Positions 18,835 to 31,515 of a DNA stretch of 64,000 nt are shown here, piece after piece. How positions within the stretch are numbered: position 1 is the stretch's first letter; the number at the start of each line of letters is the position of its first letter. The translations under genes and the position numbers were made by a program. The notes below the pieces were generated by a model. It saw nothing but the letters and a program-made list of their open reading frames with translations, had not been told where the DNA came from and did not search any database. Where the stretch lies: positions 387,515 through 451,514 of the forward strand of contig JBFWNS010000001.1 of assembly GCA_050250935.1 (NCBI GenBank). The letters run 5' to 3'. Source of the stretch: Candidatus Margulisiibacteriota bacterium (lineage in GTDB: Bacteria > Margulisbacteria > Marinamargulisbacteria > JBFWNS01).

Positions 18835-19686
18835 ATGAAACTTGCCTCTTTTGCCAAACTGAACCTATCGCTCTTGGTTTTTGCCCCGAATGCGCGGGGA
18901 TATCATCCCATTTGTTCGGTGTTTCAAACCATTTCCTTGGCCGATACCTTGGACATTGAAAAAACCACAGCGCCCGGATTTCAGCTTCGCACCACCCCGT
19001 CCATTCCTGATGGCGGGCAAAATATCTTGGAAAAAATCTACTCCCACTTTGCCGATTCGATTCCTTTTGGGATTTCTGCATCCCTCTCCAAAGTGATTCC
19101 TTTTGGAGCTGGCTTGGGAGGTGGCAGCAGCAATGCCGCCGCCTTTTTGCGGTATTTGAACCAAGAAGCGGGTTGGAGTTTGTCGCTTGAGGCCCTCAAA
19201 AAACGGGCCCTCCCTTTTGGGGCCGATATTCCCTTTTTTATTGAAGGGGGCACAGCCTTGGTTCGGGGCATTGGCGAAAAAATGCGTCCCCTCGAAGCAG
19301 GGCCTTGGAAAGCATTTGTTTTAATTTGCCCTCCCATTCATTGCAACACCGCAGCAGTGTACAAGGCCTTCGATGCCACACCGGCCGCCACCAAAAAACC
19401 TGGCCCTACCCCCAAAGCTTTATTGACCACCCATCTGGGACCCAACGATTTAAAAGAGCCTGTCTTTGCGCTAGACCCCCGGTTTGGGGCCATTGAAAAC
19501 ACCTTGTTGGAAGCCGGGTTAGGACAAGTTTTGATGTCTGGCTCAGGATCAACCTTGTTTGTACCGTTTCAAAGCCCCGCCGCCGCCGCCCAAGCACTTC
19601 CCAAAATAGCCGACGTGTTGGCCCCCCATCAGGTCCAGGTCCACCTGGTGGAAACCGTGGGTGTTGGTTCTTTGGAGATAGCATGA
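18835..19686 (+). CDS. ispE: 4-diphosphocytidyl-2C-methyl-D-erythritol kinase
   Basis: AKLNLSL, KVIPFGAGLGGGSSNAA, GADIPFF, MSGSGST. Confidence 0.95.
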   Translation: MKLASFAKLNLSLLVFAPNARGYHPICSVFQTISLADTLDIEKTTAPGFQLRTTPSIPDGGQNILEKIYSHFADSIPFGISASLSKVIPFGAGLGGGSSNAAAFLRYLNQEAGWSLSLEALKKRALPFGADIPFFIEGGTALVRGIGEKMRPLEAGPWKAFVLICPPIHCNTAAVYKAFDATPAATKKPGPTPKALLTTHLGPNDLKEPVFALDPRFGAIENTLLEAGLGQVLMSGSGSTLFVPFQSPAAAAQALPKIADVLAPHQVQVHLVETVGVGSLEIA

Positions 19687-19886
19687 TTTCTTGCACCCTT
19701 AACGGCGTTTTGACCCCCATCGAGGACCCTGGGAACTTGTCTGGACTCTTGGTCCGGTTGGGCATTCGACCCACGGGGGTGATTATCGAGCACAATGGCA
19801 CCCTGTTTAAGGAGCCGGATTTTCCCCAGCAGCAGGTTCAAGACGGCGATGTAATTGAAATTATCCATTTTATGGGCGGCGGCTAG
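19683..19886 (+). CDS. thiS: ThiS/MoaD-like sulfur carrier protein
   Basis: 67 aa, VIIEHNG, GDVIEIIHFMGGG C-terminus. Confidence 0.85.
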   Translation: MISCTLNGVLTPIEDPGNLSGLLVRLGIRPTGVIIEHNGTLFKEPDFPQQQVQDGDVIEIIHFMGGG

Positions 19887-20611
19887 TGCAGCACTATACC
19901 TTCCATGTGTCGTCTCGCTGTCAGTTGCGCTGTGGGTTTTGTACCCTGTGGCAAAAAGACCTGCCCTTAACCCCCCAACCGCATTGGGTGAATTTGATCG
20001 AAACCCAACAATTTTTTACCGTTTTTCCCTTTGCAAAGCATTACCATATTGTCGGCGGCGACCCTTCGGTTCATCCCAACCTGCCTTTGTTGCTGTCGTT
20101 TTTGAAAAGCAAGGGCATTCGGGTTCATCTGTGGACCCATGGGGTGGTTCCCCATCCTTTTTGGGAACAGGTGGTGCCCCATGTGGACAGCATTCGCCTG
20201 TATCTGCCGGCCAGCGATCCCGGCGAATACCGACGCATTACCGGCGAGACCTCTTTCGAGACCCTGGCCGATAGCCTGATTTTGCTCAAATCCAAACCCG
20301 TGGACTTGATTTTACACACACCCATCACCTTGGACACCGTGTCTTGGCTGCCCTATACCTATGATTTTGTCTTCAAGCACAAAATCCCCTGGTGGATTCA
20401 TTACCATCCCCAAGACGGCTATGACGACACCTCGGAGGCCTATTTGTTACGGTTCCGAAACATTCACAACGTTTGGGTGTTTAAAACCCAGTTTCAGCCT
20501 CATTTTTTGTGCGCCGCTTTTCCTTTTGATGCCGTTCAAGACCCCTGGCAACGGGCCCAGTATGCGGTTTGGGACTTTTTGAAGGGGATTAGGAAGGCGT
20601 TGGGGTTATAA
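19886..20611 (+). CDS. Radical SAM protein
   Basis: CQLRCGFC (CX3CX2C), GGDP, WTHG; GTG start overlaps the thiS stop. Confidence 0.85.
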   Translation: MQHYTFHVSSRCQLRCGFCTLWQKDLPLTPQPHWVNLIETQQFFTVFPFAKHYHIVGGDPSVHPNLPLLLSFLKSKGIRVHLWTHGVVPHPFWEQVVPHVDSIRLYLPASDPGEYRRITGETSFETLADSLILLKSKPVDLILHTPITLDTVSWLPYTYDFVFKHKIPWWIHYHPQDGYDDTSEAYLLRFRNIHNVWVFKTQFQPHFLCAAFPFDAVQDPWQRAQYAVWDFLKGIRKALGL

Positions 20612-22105
20612 AAACACTTTAAACAAGGCGGCGACATCCCCATCTTCGCCAGACAACCCTTTTAGGGCCAGCTTTTTGCCCAATTCCACCCCTTCTTGAT
20701 CGAAGGCATTAATGTTTAATAAAAAGCTTTGAAACACCACACGGTTTTCGTAAAAAGCGGCCAGGGCTCCGAGGGTTTCGGGGGCCAATTGGGTGCAGGA
20801 CAGCCAGGAAACAGGGCGTCGGCCTGGGAATCGCTTGTTGGGATTGAGGTGATCTTGCCCGCGAACCAAGGCAATGGCTTGGCCACAGAGGTTGGCATTC
20901 AGCTGATGTTGAAGGGGGGTGTCTTCGGTGGTGAAGGGTTGAACCACGCCAATCAGCTCAATCGGAACTATGGCCGAACCTTGGTGAAAGAGTTGAAAAA
21001 AAGAGTGCTGGGCGTTGGTTCCAACATCCCCAAACACCACAGGGGCTGTGGGGTAGTCGATGGGCACGCCGTCCCGGTTAACAGTTTTACCATTGCTTTC
21101 GCAAAACACCTGCTGAAGAAAATGGGGAAAATGCGACAGGGCTGTGGCATAGGGAATCACCGCCAAGGCCGACCGGCGGCATACCGAGAATTGCCAGACA
21201 TCGTAAAGGGCCGACAACAGCGCGGGGTTTTGAAAGGGATCTCGGTTTAATGCCGTCTGATCCATGGCCGCAGCCCCCAGCAACAGGGCTTCGAACACCT
21301 CGGGACCATAGGCCAAACTTAACAAAACGCCGCCCACAGCGCTGGTTAAAGAAAACCGCCCCCCAATGGCCTCGGAAAGGTGGAAAATGGCCGAAAATTG
21401 ATCGGGATTGTCCAAGGGAGAACCCGGCAAGGTGACCGCCACAAACCGGTCTTTGATGGCCGCTTGGGACCATCCCAGGGCCTGAAGCTTTTCTTGGACA
21501 TGGCGGTAAAGGGTGGTTATTTCGGCTGTGGTGCCACTTTTGGACACCACCACAAACAGGGTTTCTTCCAGTGGATGGGCCGACAAACAGGCCTCGACAT
21601 CGACAGCATCAACAGTGGTCAGAAACGAGGTCGAGACCACGGGTTTACCATGACGTTTGGCCCAAGGAGCCAAGGCTTCGGCCACCCACTGCGGCCCCAA
21701 TTCGGAGCCCCCTATCCCCATTTGGACCAGGTGTCGAAGTCCGCCGTTTCGTCTGGCCATGGCAAAGGCTGAAAATTGAGCTTGAATTTCGCCATAAATC
21801 CCACGAATTTTGGCTCGGGTTTGGTGGTGATCTACCCCACGGTTTTCCCCAAGATTAATGGGTTTTCCAGCCAACATGTCGGCCCACAGATCCCAAACCT
21901 GTTGTTCTTGGGCCAGCTCGGCCAGCACAGACCAGGTGGCCTGGGACAAGCCGGTTAGCCCGTGGCCAAACCGAATTTCTTGCTGATAGGCCACATCCAC
22001 CACCAGACTTTTGGCTGTGTCTTTTGGATTCCAAACAAAGGTTGGATCCAAGGCCTGAAGGCGTTTAAAAGCTGTGGTTTGATCGAGATTTTTAGACATT
22101 GGCAT
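20606..22105 (-). CDS. pgi: Glucose-6-phosphate isomerase
   Basis: GIGGSELGP, SKSGTTAE, GGRFS, ESNGK, GTNAQHSFFQ, FDQEGVELGK. Confidence 0.95.
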   Translation of the reverse strand: MPMSKNLDQTTAFKRLQALDPTFVWNPKDTAKSLVVDVAYQQEIRFGHGLTGLSQATWSVLAELAQEQQVWDLWADMLAGKPINLGENRGVDHHQTRAKIRGIYGEIQAQFSAFAMARRNGGLRHLVQMGIGGSELGPQWVAEALAPWAKRHGKPVVSTSFLTTVDAVDVEACLSAHPLEETLFVVVSKSGTTAEITTLYRHVQEKLQALGWSQAAIKDRFVAVTLPGSPLDNPDQFSAIFHLSEAIGGRFSLTSAVGGVLLSLAYGPEVFEALLLGAAAMDQTALNRDPFQNPALLSALYDVWQFSVCRRSALAVIPYATALSHFPHFLQQVFCESNGKTVNRDGVPIDYPTAPVVFGDVGTNAQHSFFQLFHQGSAIVPIELIGVVQPFTTEDTPLQHQLNANLCGQAIALVRGQDHLNPNKRFPGRRPVSWLSCTQLAPETLGALAAFYENRVVFQSFLLNINAFDQEGVELGKKLALKGLSGEDGDVAALFKVFL

Positions 22106-23288
22106 GGGCCTTATGTAGGTGTTGCCACGCCAAAATTTGGTCTGGGCTATAGGTGATGTTCCGCCGAGCCCCCGTCCGTTCCAAGGTTTTGATAAATTGG
22201 TCCCAACGGTAGGAAACAAACCGGCCATATTCGCCCCAAGAAAAGGGCAGAATTTCGCCCCGGTTCAGGGTTGTGCCAAATACATTGGCCCCAGCACCCA
22301 CCACCGTTCCCGCATTGATGAGGGTACCAATGCCCGTTTTAACGTGATCGCCAATCAAGGCTCCCAAAAATTGTTCCGAGGTGGATTCCGCCACACCGTT
22401 TCGGGTGACCATGATGGTGCCATAGGTGTTTTTGAGGTTGGAGGTTGTGGTTCCGGCCCCCAAATTAACCCATTCGCCCAAGACACTATTTCCCAAATAC
22501 CCAGCATGGGCTTTGTTCGAATAGGCCCCCACGCAAGAGGCACTGATTTCTCCGGCCACCTTGGCCCAAGCCCCAATGCTGCTGCCGCTGACCCGACCTC
22601 CCAAGACCGACGCGTGTTTGCCAATGTAAAGGGGTCCTTCCAAACGACTGAAGGCTTGGATGGTAGCATCATCGTCGATATAAACGGGGCCTTTTTCGGT
22701 GGAAATCGACACAAAAGCGTCCAGGGTTACGCGGTGACCAATGTAGACTTTTTCGGAACAATCGATGGCCACTGGCGCCGGAATGGCACTGTGACACTCT
22801 CCACCACGGCCCAAGGTATTAAATTCTTCGGTTAAAAGCGCGCCATGGTGGTTAAACAAATCCCAAGGGCGGTGAATCAGCATTTGGGGTTCGGCTTGGA
22901 CACTGGTCCTATTTCGGCCTTGGGTTGCCAACAGTTCCGCAACCTCGCCCCCATCCACAAGGGCGGCCACCAGGGTTTCCCCAACCTTTAGGGCCGTTCC
23001 GGGTTCAAGATTTTGGATGCGGTCTGCCAAAGCAGCGGTCATCAGCACCCGGCCATTTAAAAGCCGACATGGTTGACCCGGTTTAACATGGTGGTAAAGC
23101 GGATACCCCGAGGGCAGCAACGGCAGAATCTCGGATCTTGCATGCAGATAAATGGGGTCGTGGGGAAAGGCCCGATGGATTTTTTCCAACACCGTCCCAA
23201 TGCCGGTTAGGGCCGTATAAACCGGGCGGGCCAAGGTTAAGGGACTCAGGTCTGGGTACTGTTTGTCTTCAAAAACACAGGTGATCAT
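22092..23288 (-). CDS. GlmU-like sugar nucleotidyltransferase/hexapeptide acyltransferase
   Basis: PLTLARP N-domain without the canonical GxGTR motif; hexapeptide LbH region; HAGYLGNS, NLGAGTTTSNLKN. Confidence 0.75.
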   Translation of the reverse strand: MITCVFEDKQYPDLSPLTLARPVYTALTGIGTVLEKIHRAFPHDPIYLHARSEILPLLPSGYPLYHHVKPGQPCRLLNGRVLMTAALADRIQNLEPGTALKVGETLVAALVDGGEVAELLATQGRNRTSVQAEPQMLIHRPWDLFNHHGALLTEEFNTLGRGGECHSAIPAPVAIDCSEKVYIGHRVTLDAFVSISTEKGPVYIDDDATIQAFSRLEGPLYIGKHASVLGGRVSGSSIGAWAKVAGEISASCVGAYSNKAHAGYLGNSVLGEWVNLGAGTTTSNLKNTYGTIMVTRNGVAESTSEQFLGALIGDHVKTGIGTLINAGTVVGAGANVFGTTLNRGEILPFSWGEYGRFVSYRWDQFIKTLERTGARRNITYSPDQILAWQHLHKAHANV

Positions 23289-24073
23289 GATGTCCCATCA
23301 TACCCCAGGGATCGGGAGCGTATCAACGCAAGCACCACGCCTGCCACCACCATTCCCAGACACAGGTACTGCCCCATGGTCAGGCCTCCCCATAAAAATC
23401 CTACCTGAACATCGGGCTCTCTGAAGCGTTCTAAACAAAAACGAATTAAGCCATACCCCATCACAAAAAAAGCCAGGAGCTGCCCGGGTTTTACCCGGCG
23501 ATGCAAGACCAACAACACCAGCCCCAAAATCAGGCCCTCCCCCACCGCTTCGTAGAGCTGGGAGGGATGCCTTGGCAAAAGCCCACCAGCTGGAAACACC
23601 ATGCCCCAGGGGACGGTGGTGAATCGACCATACAATTCACCATTGATAAAATTCGCGACTCGGCCAAAAAAAATCCCAAGGGTCGAGACCAAGGCCAGTC
23701 CATCCCAGAGCGGCCAGAGGGGTTTTTGATTCTTTTTTGCAAAAAACAAGACGGCCAGACCTGCGCCCAAGGCCCCGCCATGAAAAGACATACCGCCTTG
23801 CCATAAGGCCAGGATATCGCCAGGGTTCTGCCAAAAATAGCCGGGATCGTAGACCAAAACATAGCCGAGTCGTCCACCCAAAACGATGCCCAACATCACC
23901 ATGGCAGCCAAGTCCATCACGTTGTCCCAGGTCAGGGGGCAGGTTTTTTGTACGGCTTTTTTGAAGCCAACGGCACCAAGCAAAACGCCCATCAAATAGG
24001 CCATGCCGTACCACCGAATGGCCAGGGGTCCCAGATGAATCAAAACCGGATCAATGTGGGGATAACGGATCAT
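23285..24073 (-). CDS. lgt: Prolipoprotein diacylglyceryl transferase
   Basis: RWYG, GGRLGY, GGMSFHGG, GRVANFINGEL, RHPSQLYE. Confidence 0.97.
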   Translation of the reverse strand: MIRYPHIDPVLIHLGPLAIRWYGMAYLMGVLLGAVGFKKAVQKTCPLTWDNVMDLAAMVMLGIVLGGRLGYVLVYDPGYFWQNPGDILALWQGGMSFHGGALGAGLAVLFFAKKNQKPLWPLWDGLALVSTLGIFFGRVANFINGELYGRFTTVPWGMVFPAGGLLPRHPSQLYEAVGEGLILGLVLLVLHRRVKPGQLLAFFVMGYGLIRFCLERFREPDVQVGFLWGGLTMGQYLCLGMVVAGVVLALIRSRSLGYDGTS

Positions 24074-24112
24074 TCTTGTTCATAGGATACCCTAAAAGCT
24101 ATACTACTCCCA

Positions 24113-24961
24113 ATGGCCATTCTAAAAAAATCACAATTGACCTCTTCAGAGCCGGTTTCTCGGGCAAAATCTCATGCCAAAACCCACGCGACTCCCAAGC
24201 TGATCCAAGCCGATAAAACGGCCACAGCCTTGCCAAGGTCCACCACCACGGCTCGACAACTTCCCAAATTAAAAGATCTCGAAAAACCCGTTGCCTCTTT
24301 GTCTGACCCTCACTTTAATCCCCAATTGGAAGCCGAACTGGCGGCATTAAAAGAACGCTACAGTGCCGAGGTTCGCCAAAAGATCGACGCGGATATTGCA
24401 GCCTACCGCGAGTCGCAATTTCATCAAATTGAGTTTGAAAAACAAGCCATTTTGGCCAAAGCCCAAAAAGAAGGCTACGAAGCCGGTAAACGGGAAGCCG
24501 ACAAAATTGTGACCGAAAAAGCCCAATTGTTTGTAACAGGCATGAGCGATATTGCCAAAGAAAAAAATCGGATCCTCGAAAACAGTACCGAACCGGTGTT
24601 GGATTTGGCCATCGACATTGCCAAGCGCATCGTGGAAGAAGAAATTAAACTGACCCCAGACCTTTGCATAGGGCTGGTCAAAGAAGCCCTGCGAAAAATT
24701 ACCGACAAAGACCGGGTGGTCATTCGGGTTAACGAAGAAGACGAAACCCTGATTCGGTCTCAAAAAGACGCCATCTTGCAGCTGATGAACGACATTAAAC
24801 AACTCGAAGTGCAAGTCGACCCCAAAGTGGATCGGGGTGGCTGCATTATCGAAACCAAACTGGGCTATATCGATGCCCGGGTGTCCACCAAGTTGGAAGT
24901 GATCCAACTGAGCTTGAAACAAGAATACGCCGAAGAGAAACGCGAACGGGGCCTGCTGTAG
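24113..24961 (+). CDS. fliH: FliH/SctL type III export stator
   Basis: AxxEGYEAG repeat, LAIDIAKRIV, GGCIIETKLGYIDARV. Confidence 0.88.
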   Translation: MAILKKSQLTSSEPVSRAKSHAKTHATPKLIQADKTATALPRSTTTARQLPKLKDLEKPVASLSDPHFNPQLEAELAALKERYSAEVRQKIDADIAAYRESQFHQIEFEKQAILAKAQKEGYEAGKREADKIVTEKAQLFVTGMSDIAKEKNRILENSTEPVLDLAIDIAKRIVEEEIKLTPDLCIGLVKEALRKITDKDRVVIRVNEEDETLIRSQKDAILQLMNDIKQLEVQVDPKVDRGGCIIETKLGYIDARVSTKLEVIQLSLKQEYAEEKRERGLL

Positions 24962-26268
24962 TGGCCTTGGATTTAACCCGCTATCACAAAGCGATTGACC
25001 GTCACGACATCATCAAGGTGGTGGGCAAGGTGATTGAGGTGGTGGGACTGGTCATCGAAGCCCAGGTTCAAGGGGTTTCTGTGGGCGAGGTTTGCCACAT
25101 TTATTTGGACGACGACAATTGGATTCGCAGCGAAGTCGTGGGCTTTCGCGAGGAACGGGTGTTGTTGATGCCCCTGGGCAGCATTGGTGGCATTCGCCCC
25201 GGCAGTAAAATCTATGCAACCGGACATCCCCTGGAAGCCAAAGTGGGCATGAATTTGTTGGGGCGAGTTTTGGATGGACTTGGCAACCCCATGGATGGCA
25301 AAGGCGAGCTGGAGTTCGAGACTGTGTACAACATCGATCGCGATCCTCCCGATGCCGTAATGCGGCCTCGCATTACCGAAGTTTTGAAAACAGGGGTCAA
25401 GGCCATCGATGGATTGTTGACCTTGGGAAAAGGACAACGGGTCGGTATTTTTGCCGGTTCTGGGGTCGGCAAAAGCACCCTGATGGGGATGTTGGCCCGA
25501 AACTGCGAAGCCGATGTCAACGTGATTAGTTTGATTGGCGAACGGGGCCGCGAGGTTAAAGACTTTATTGAAGAATCCTTGGGCGAAGAAGGCCTTAAAA
25601 AATCGGTGGTCATTTGTGCTACCTCGGACAAACCGCCAGTGGTTCGGCTCAAAGGCGCCTTGGTGGGCACAGCCATTGCCGAATATTTTCGGGATCAAGG
25701 CAAAAACGTGTTGTTTATGATGGACTCGGTCACCCGATTTGCCATGGCCCAACGCGAAATTGGTCTGGCCACCGGAGAGCCTCCCACAACCAAAGGATAC
25801 ACCCCCTCTGTGTTTGCCATGTTACCCCGCCTGATGGAACGGGCTGGCACCTCGGAAAAAGGAACCATCACCGCCATTTATACGGTTTTGGTCGACGGCG
25901 GCGACATGGACGAACCCATTGCCGACGCAGCCCGGGGGATTTTGGACGGGCACATGGTTCTGTCCCGAGATCTGGCCTCTAAAAATCATTATCCCTGTAT
26001 TGACATTGGGCCCAGCATCAGCCGGTTGGCTTCGGCCATTTCCGAAGCGGGACACAAAAAAGCTGCGGGTCAATTGCGGGAAGTGTTGGCCCGATACCAA
26101 GAGGCCGAAGATTTAATTAATATTGGCGCCTACGTCAAAGGCAGCAACCCCAAAATCGACTATGCCATCGACAAAATTGATGGGGTAAACAGCTTTTTGC
26201 GGCAAGCCACAGACGAAAACATTCCTTTTGACGACTCGATCAAAGCCCTGGTCCGGATGTTTTCATAA
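24961..26268 (+). CDS. fliI: FliI/SctN type III export ATPase
   Basis: GIFAGSGVGKS, LIGERGREV, MDSVTRFAMAQREIGL, LMERAG, GILDGH. Confidence 0.95.
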   Translation: MALDLTRYHKAIDRHDIIKVVGKVIEVVGLVIEAQVQGVSVGEVCHIYLDDDNWIRSEVVGFREERVLLMPLGSIGGIRPGSKIYATGHPLEAKVGMNLLGRVLDGLGNPMDGKGELEFETVYNIDRDPPDAVMRPRITEVLKTGVKAIDGLLTLGKGQRVGIFAGSGVGKSTLMGMLARNCEADVNVISLIGERGREVKDFIEESLGEEGLKKSVVICATSDKPPVVRLKGALVGTAIAEYFRDQGKNVLFMMDSVTRFAMAQREIGLATGEPPTTKGYTPSVFAMLPRLMERAGTSEKGTITAIYTVLVDGGDMDEPIADAARGILDGHMVLSRDLASKNHYPCIDIGPSISRLASAISEAGHKKAAGQLREVLARYQEAEDLINIGAYVKGSNPKIDYAIDKIDGVNSFLRQATDENIPFDDSIKALVRMFS

Positions 26269-26279
26269 GCCTTTAAGCA

Positions 26280-26851
26280 ATGGCCAGCAAACCCAAAAAA
26301 AGCAAACGATTTAACTACAACCTCACCGCAGTTCTCAAGGTTCGAGAAATTCGTGAAAAACAGCGCCAAGAAGCCTTTATGGAGGCCCAACGAGAACTCG
26401 AAGAAGAGCAAAAAAAAGAAGCCGAACTCAAACAAAACATCGCCGACAAATATCAAGAATTGCGGGAAGTTTTAACCGGAAAACGCCCCTCTACCGACAT
26501 CGCAGGGGAAGTCATTCAGCGTAAAACCAACCTCGAATCGCTTAACGAAAAATTGGCCGAACAAATCCAAAAACGGGAAGAAGCCGAAAAAAAAGTCGAC
26601 GAAGCCCGAGAAGAACTGATCAAAGCCGTTAAAGACAAAAAAATCATCGAAAAAGACAAAGAACACAAGCGGGTGGCCTGGCAAAAACTAATGATCAAAG
26701 AAGACAACAAGTTTATGGACGATATTTCCACAGTGGGTTTCGACCGAAAACGCCGCAAGGCCGAGGCCCTGGAAGAACAAGAAGACCAAGCCGATGCCAA
26801 AAAATTCGCAGCCGAAAACGCCGCCGAATCCAACCCCTTTAAGCTGAATTA

Positions 26852-26852
<1 letters not shown>
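26280..26852 (+). CDS. fliJ: FliJ/SctO coiled-coil export protein
   Basis: RFNYNLTAVLKVRE start, long charged coiled coil, KIIEKDKE, position after fliI. Confidence 0.8.
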
Positions 26853-29117
<2,265 letters not shown>

Positions 29118-29132
29118 TTATGTATCCTTTTT

Positions 29133-31505
29133 CTAGATGCCCAGTCCCAACCGTCGCAAAAACGAAACCAGGCCATCTTCTTTTCTAAAAAACACCAACT
29201 CGGGTTCGCCTTTAATTTTAGTGGCTTTGGCCAAATCGTCCACCGCATCGTAAAAATTACCCAATTTATCCACCAATTTCAGATCCAAGGCCTGTTTGCC
29301 CGTAAACAACTGACCCTGCGCGACATCGGCCACTTCTTTGTCGGTAAGGGACCGGTTTTGACTGACTTTGCGGGTAAACCCAGTATATTGCAAGGTTTGG
29401 AGTTTTTTAATCATGCCAATTTCGTCGGCAGTGAAGGTTTTATTCGGGCTGAAAAGATCCATATATTTGCCTGTTTTGATGACATCTCGGTCGATGCCCA
29501 ACAAATGGTGTAGCCCTTCGATGGTTTGGAACATGGAAATCACCCCAATGCTACCGGTTAGGGTGCCCGGGTTGGCCACAATTTTGTCCGAGTTCATGGA
29601 TACATAATAGCCGCCAGAAGCCGCCAAATGCCCCATCGAGGTATAGACCATTTTGCCGGATTTTTTGAGTTTTTGAATCGCGGTATAGATGTGATCCGAG
29701 GCCAATACACTGCCCCCAGGGCTATTGACCCTCAAAATCACCCCTTTGATGGTGGGGTCGTCTTTGATGCGGTCCGTAATGGCGCTGATTTCGTCTGAAC
29801 CCGTGCCTTTGCCGCCATACAAAAAGTTGGTCTCGTTTTGCCCCAAATTAATCATGCCATCGATTTCAACCACTGCAATTTTGTTGAAGGATGGAAATAA
29901 AAAAGTTTGGCGATCGGTGTTGTCGAATTCGGCCAATTGCGCCACTTTTGGCTTTTCGTTTTCGCTGGAAACCAGGGCCAGGGCATCGTCGTAGAAACCC
30001 AATTTGTCGACCAAGCCCTTGCTCAAGGCTTCTCTGGCCGAAATCAGTCGACCATCAAAAATGTCGGCGGTTTTCTTCCAATCCAAATGCCGTGCGTCTT
30101 TAATGTCGAACAACACCTGGCTGTAGAGACTATTGACCACATTTTCCCAAACAATGCGCTGAGAGGCCGACAAGGGCGCGGTGGTTCCCAACAAATTATC
30201 CTTGTACGCCCCATTGGCAATCACCACCGGTTCGATGCCAAAATTATTCAAGAAGGTTTTGGTTTTAACCAACTCCAAAGCCAAGCCCAAGTGGCTGATA
30301 ACCCCCAATTCGGGCATGACAATTTTATCGGCCACCGAAGCCAAATAGTATTCTGGCAACATGGACCAATCGTCCAAATACATAATCACTTTTTTGCCAT
30401 TGGCCTTGCTTTTGGCCAATTCTTCGCGAATATCTTGAACCATGCCCACCGAGGCAATGGTATTGGGCAAACTGCCGATACGAACCACAAACCCTTCGCA
30501 GGTGGGGTCGTTGGCTGCTTGGTGGATTAAATAAACCAGATCGTTGGTTCCAATTTTCTCGCCACCCATCAAGCTGATCTCGGATTTGCCTTCCGTTACG
30601 TTTCCGCCAAGGGCAAATTCGGCATAGGCCTTGGATTTGAAGAGGGTATATTGCCGCCGGGGCAGAGGACGGGTTCCCCCTCGTCCAATTTTGAAGCCCA
30701 ACATGTGCATGGATGTCGGATTTTGATCGGAGGCCGAAACCACGGCATAGTTTACTTCAACAAAGGGCAATTGAATGGACAAACCGCCTGTCAATTGCTG
30801 CTCTAGCATCCCACCCCGAATCGTTAATCCATCGGAAATGGCGTACTCGGCGCCAACGCGTCCCAAAGCCGCAGCCTGGCCTTCTTTTTTGTCGTAGATC
30901 AGATCGGCTGTCAGGGTGAAATCTTGATCGGGATTAAACAAGGCTACCCCACCCGTAAAGGTGGTTGGAACAGCCACGTTTTGTTTAAACACATCTTTGG
31001 CGGTGAACCCCAAATTCATGTAGCGGTTAAAATGGACCAACAACCCAAAATCGCTGGACCAGCCTGTATTTTGGGCCCCAGGATAGGCCTCGTTAATGGA
31101 TTTATAGGTGATGCCCCAATCTACCCCTTTACTGCCTTGACGCCCAAACCCTATGGCCGACACCTGGACAGAGCTCCCTGTTTTATCCTCTTTTCGCCAG
31201 GACGCATATTCAAAGGGGGCAAACACCAACTGACTGCTGGTGAAACTGGCATAGCGGTTGGCTTGGTAATCGCCATTATCCGTTTTGTAAAAAAGGCCAG
31301 GCAAGGCATACCCGGCTGGGTTGTAGAACACGCCTTCGCCATTTTCGGCAACGGCCGTATAGGCACCGCCCATGCCATAGGCCCGGATGCCCCCACCACT
31401 TTTAAGGGTGTCATAAACCAAGGTCTGGGCTTGAAGGGTGGATGTGATGAATCCAACCCACAGCAAAGCCCAAAGGTATTTTTTGAAACGTAAAGGAAAC
31501 TGCAT
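29133..31505 (-). CDS. sppA: Signal peptide peptidase SppA fused to an N-terminal beta-barrel-like domain
   Basis: Signal peptide; GIRAYGMGGAYTAVA...VFYNPAG (FadL/PorV-like start); two S49 domains with GAYK, RVNSPGGS, AASGGYY, TGSIGV. Confidence 0.9.
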   Translation of the reverse strand: MQFPLRFKKYLWALLWVGFITSTLQAQTLVYDTLKSGGGIRAYGMGGAYTAVAENGEGVFYNPAGYALPGLFYKTDNGDYQANRYASFTSSQLVFAPFEYASWRKEDKTGSSVQVSAIGFGRQGSKGVDWGITYKSINEAYPGAQNTGWSSDFGLLVHFNRYMNLGFTAKDVFKQNVAVPTTFTGGVALFNPDQDFTLTADLIYDKKEGQAAALGRVGAEYAISDGLTIRGGMLEQQLTGGLSIQLPFVEVNYAVVSASDQNPTSMHMLGFKIGRGGTRPLPRRQYTLFKSKAYAEFALGGNVTEGKSEISLMGGEKIGTNDLVYLIHQAANDPTCEGFVVRIGSLPNTIASVGMVQDIREELAKSKANGKKVIMYLDDWSMLPEYYLASVADKIVMPELGVISHLGLALELVKTKTFLNNFGIEPVVIANGAYKDNLLGTTAPLSASQRIVWENVVNSLYSQVLFDIKDARHLDWKKTADIFDGRLISAREALSKGLVDKLGFYDDALALVSSENEKPKVAQLAEFDNTDRQTFLFPSFNKIAVVEIDGMINLGQNETNFLYGGKGTGSDEISAITDRIKDDPTIKGVILRVNSPGGSVLASDHIYTAIQKLKKSGKMVYTSMGHLAASGGYYVSMNSDKIVANPGTLTGSIGVISMFQTIEGLHHLLGIDRDVIKTGKYMDLFSPNKTFTADEIGMIKKLQTLQYTGFTRKVSQNRSLTDKEVADVAQGQLFTGKQALDLKLVDKLGNFYDAVDDLAKATKIKGEPELVFFRKEDGLVSFLRRLGLGI

Positions 31506-31515
31506 GGCCCTTATC

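Noticed and set aside
19600-19690. TPP riboswitch upstream of thiS
   Set aside because: The region is ispE coding sequence and no TPP aptamer consensus is visible.
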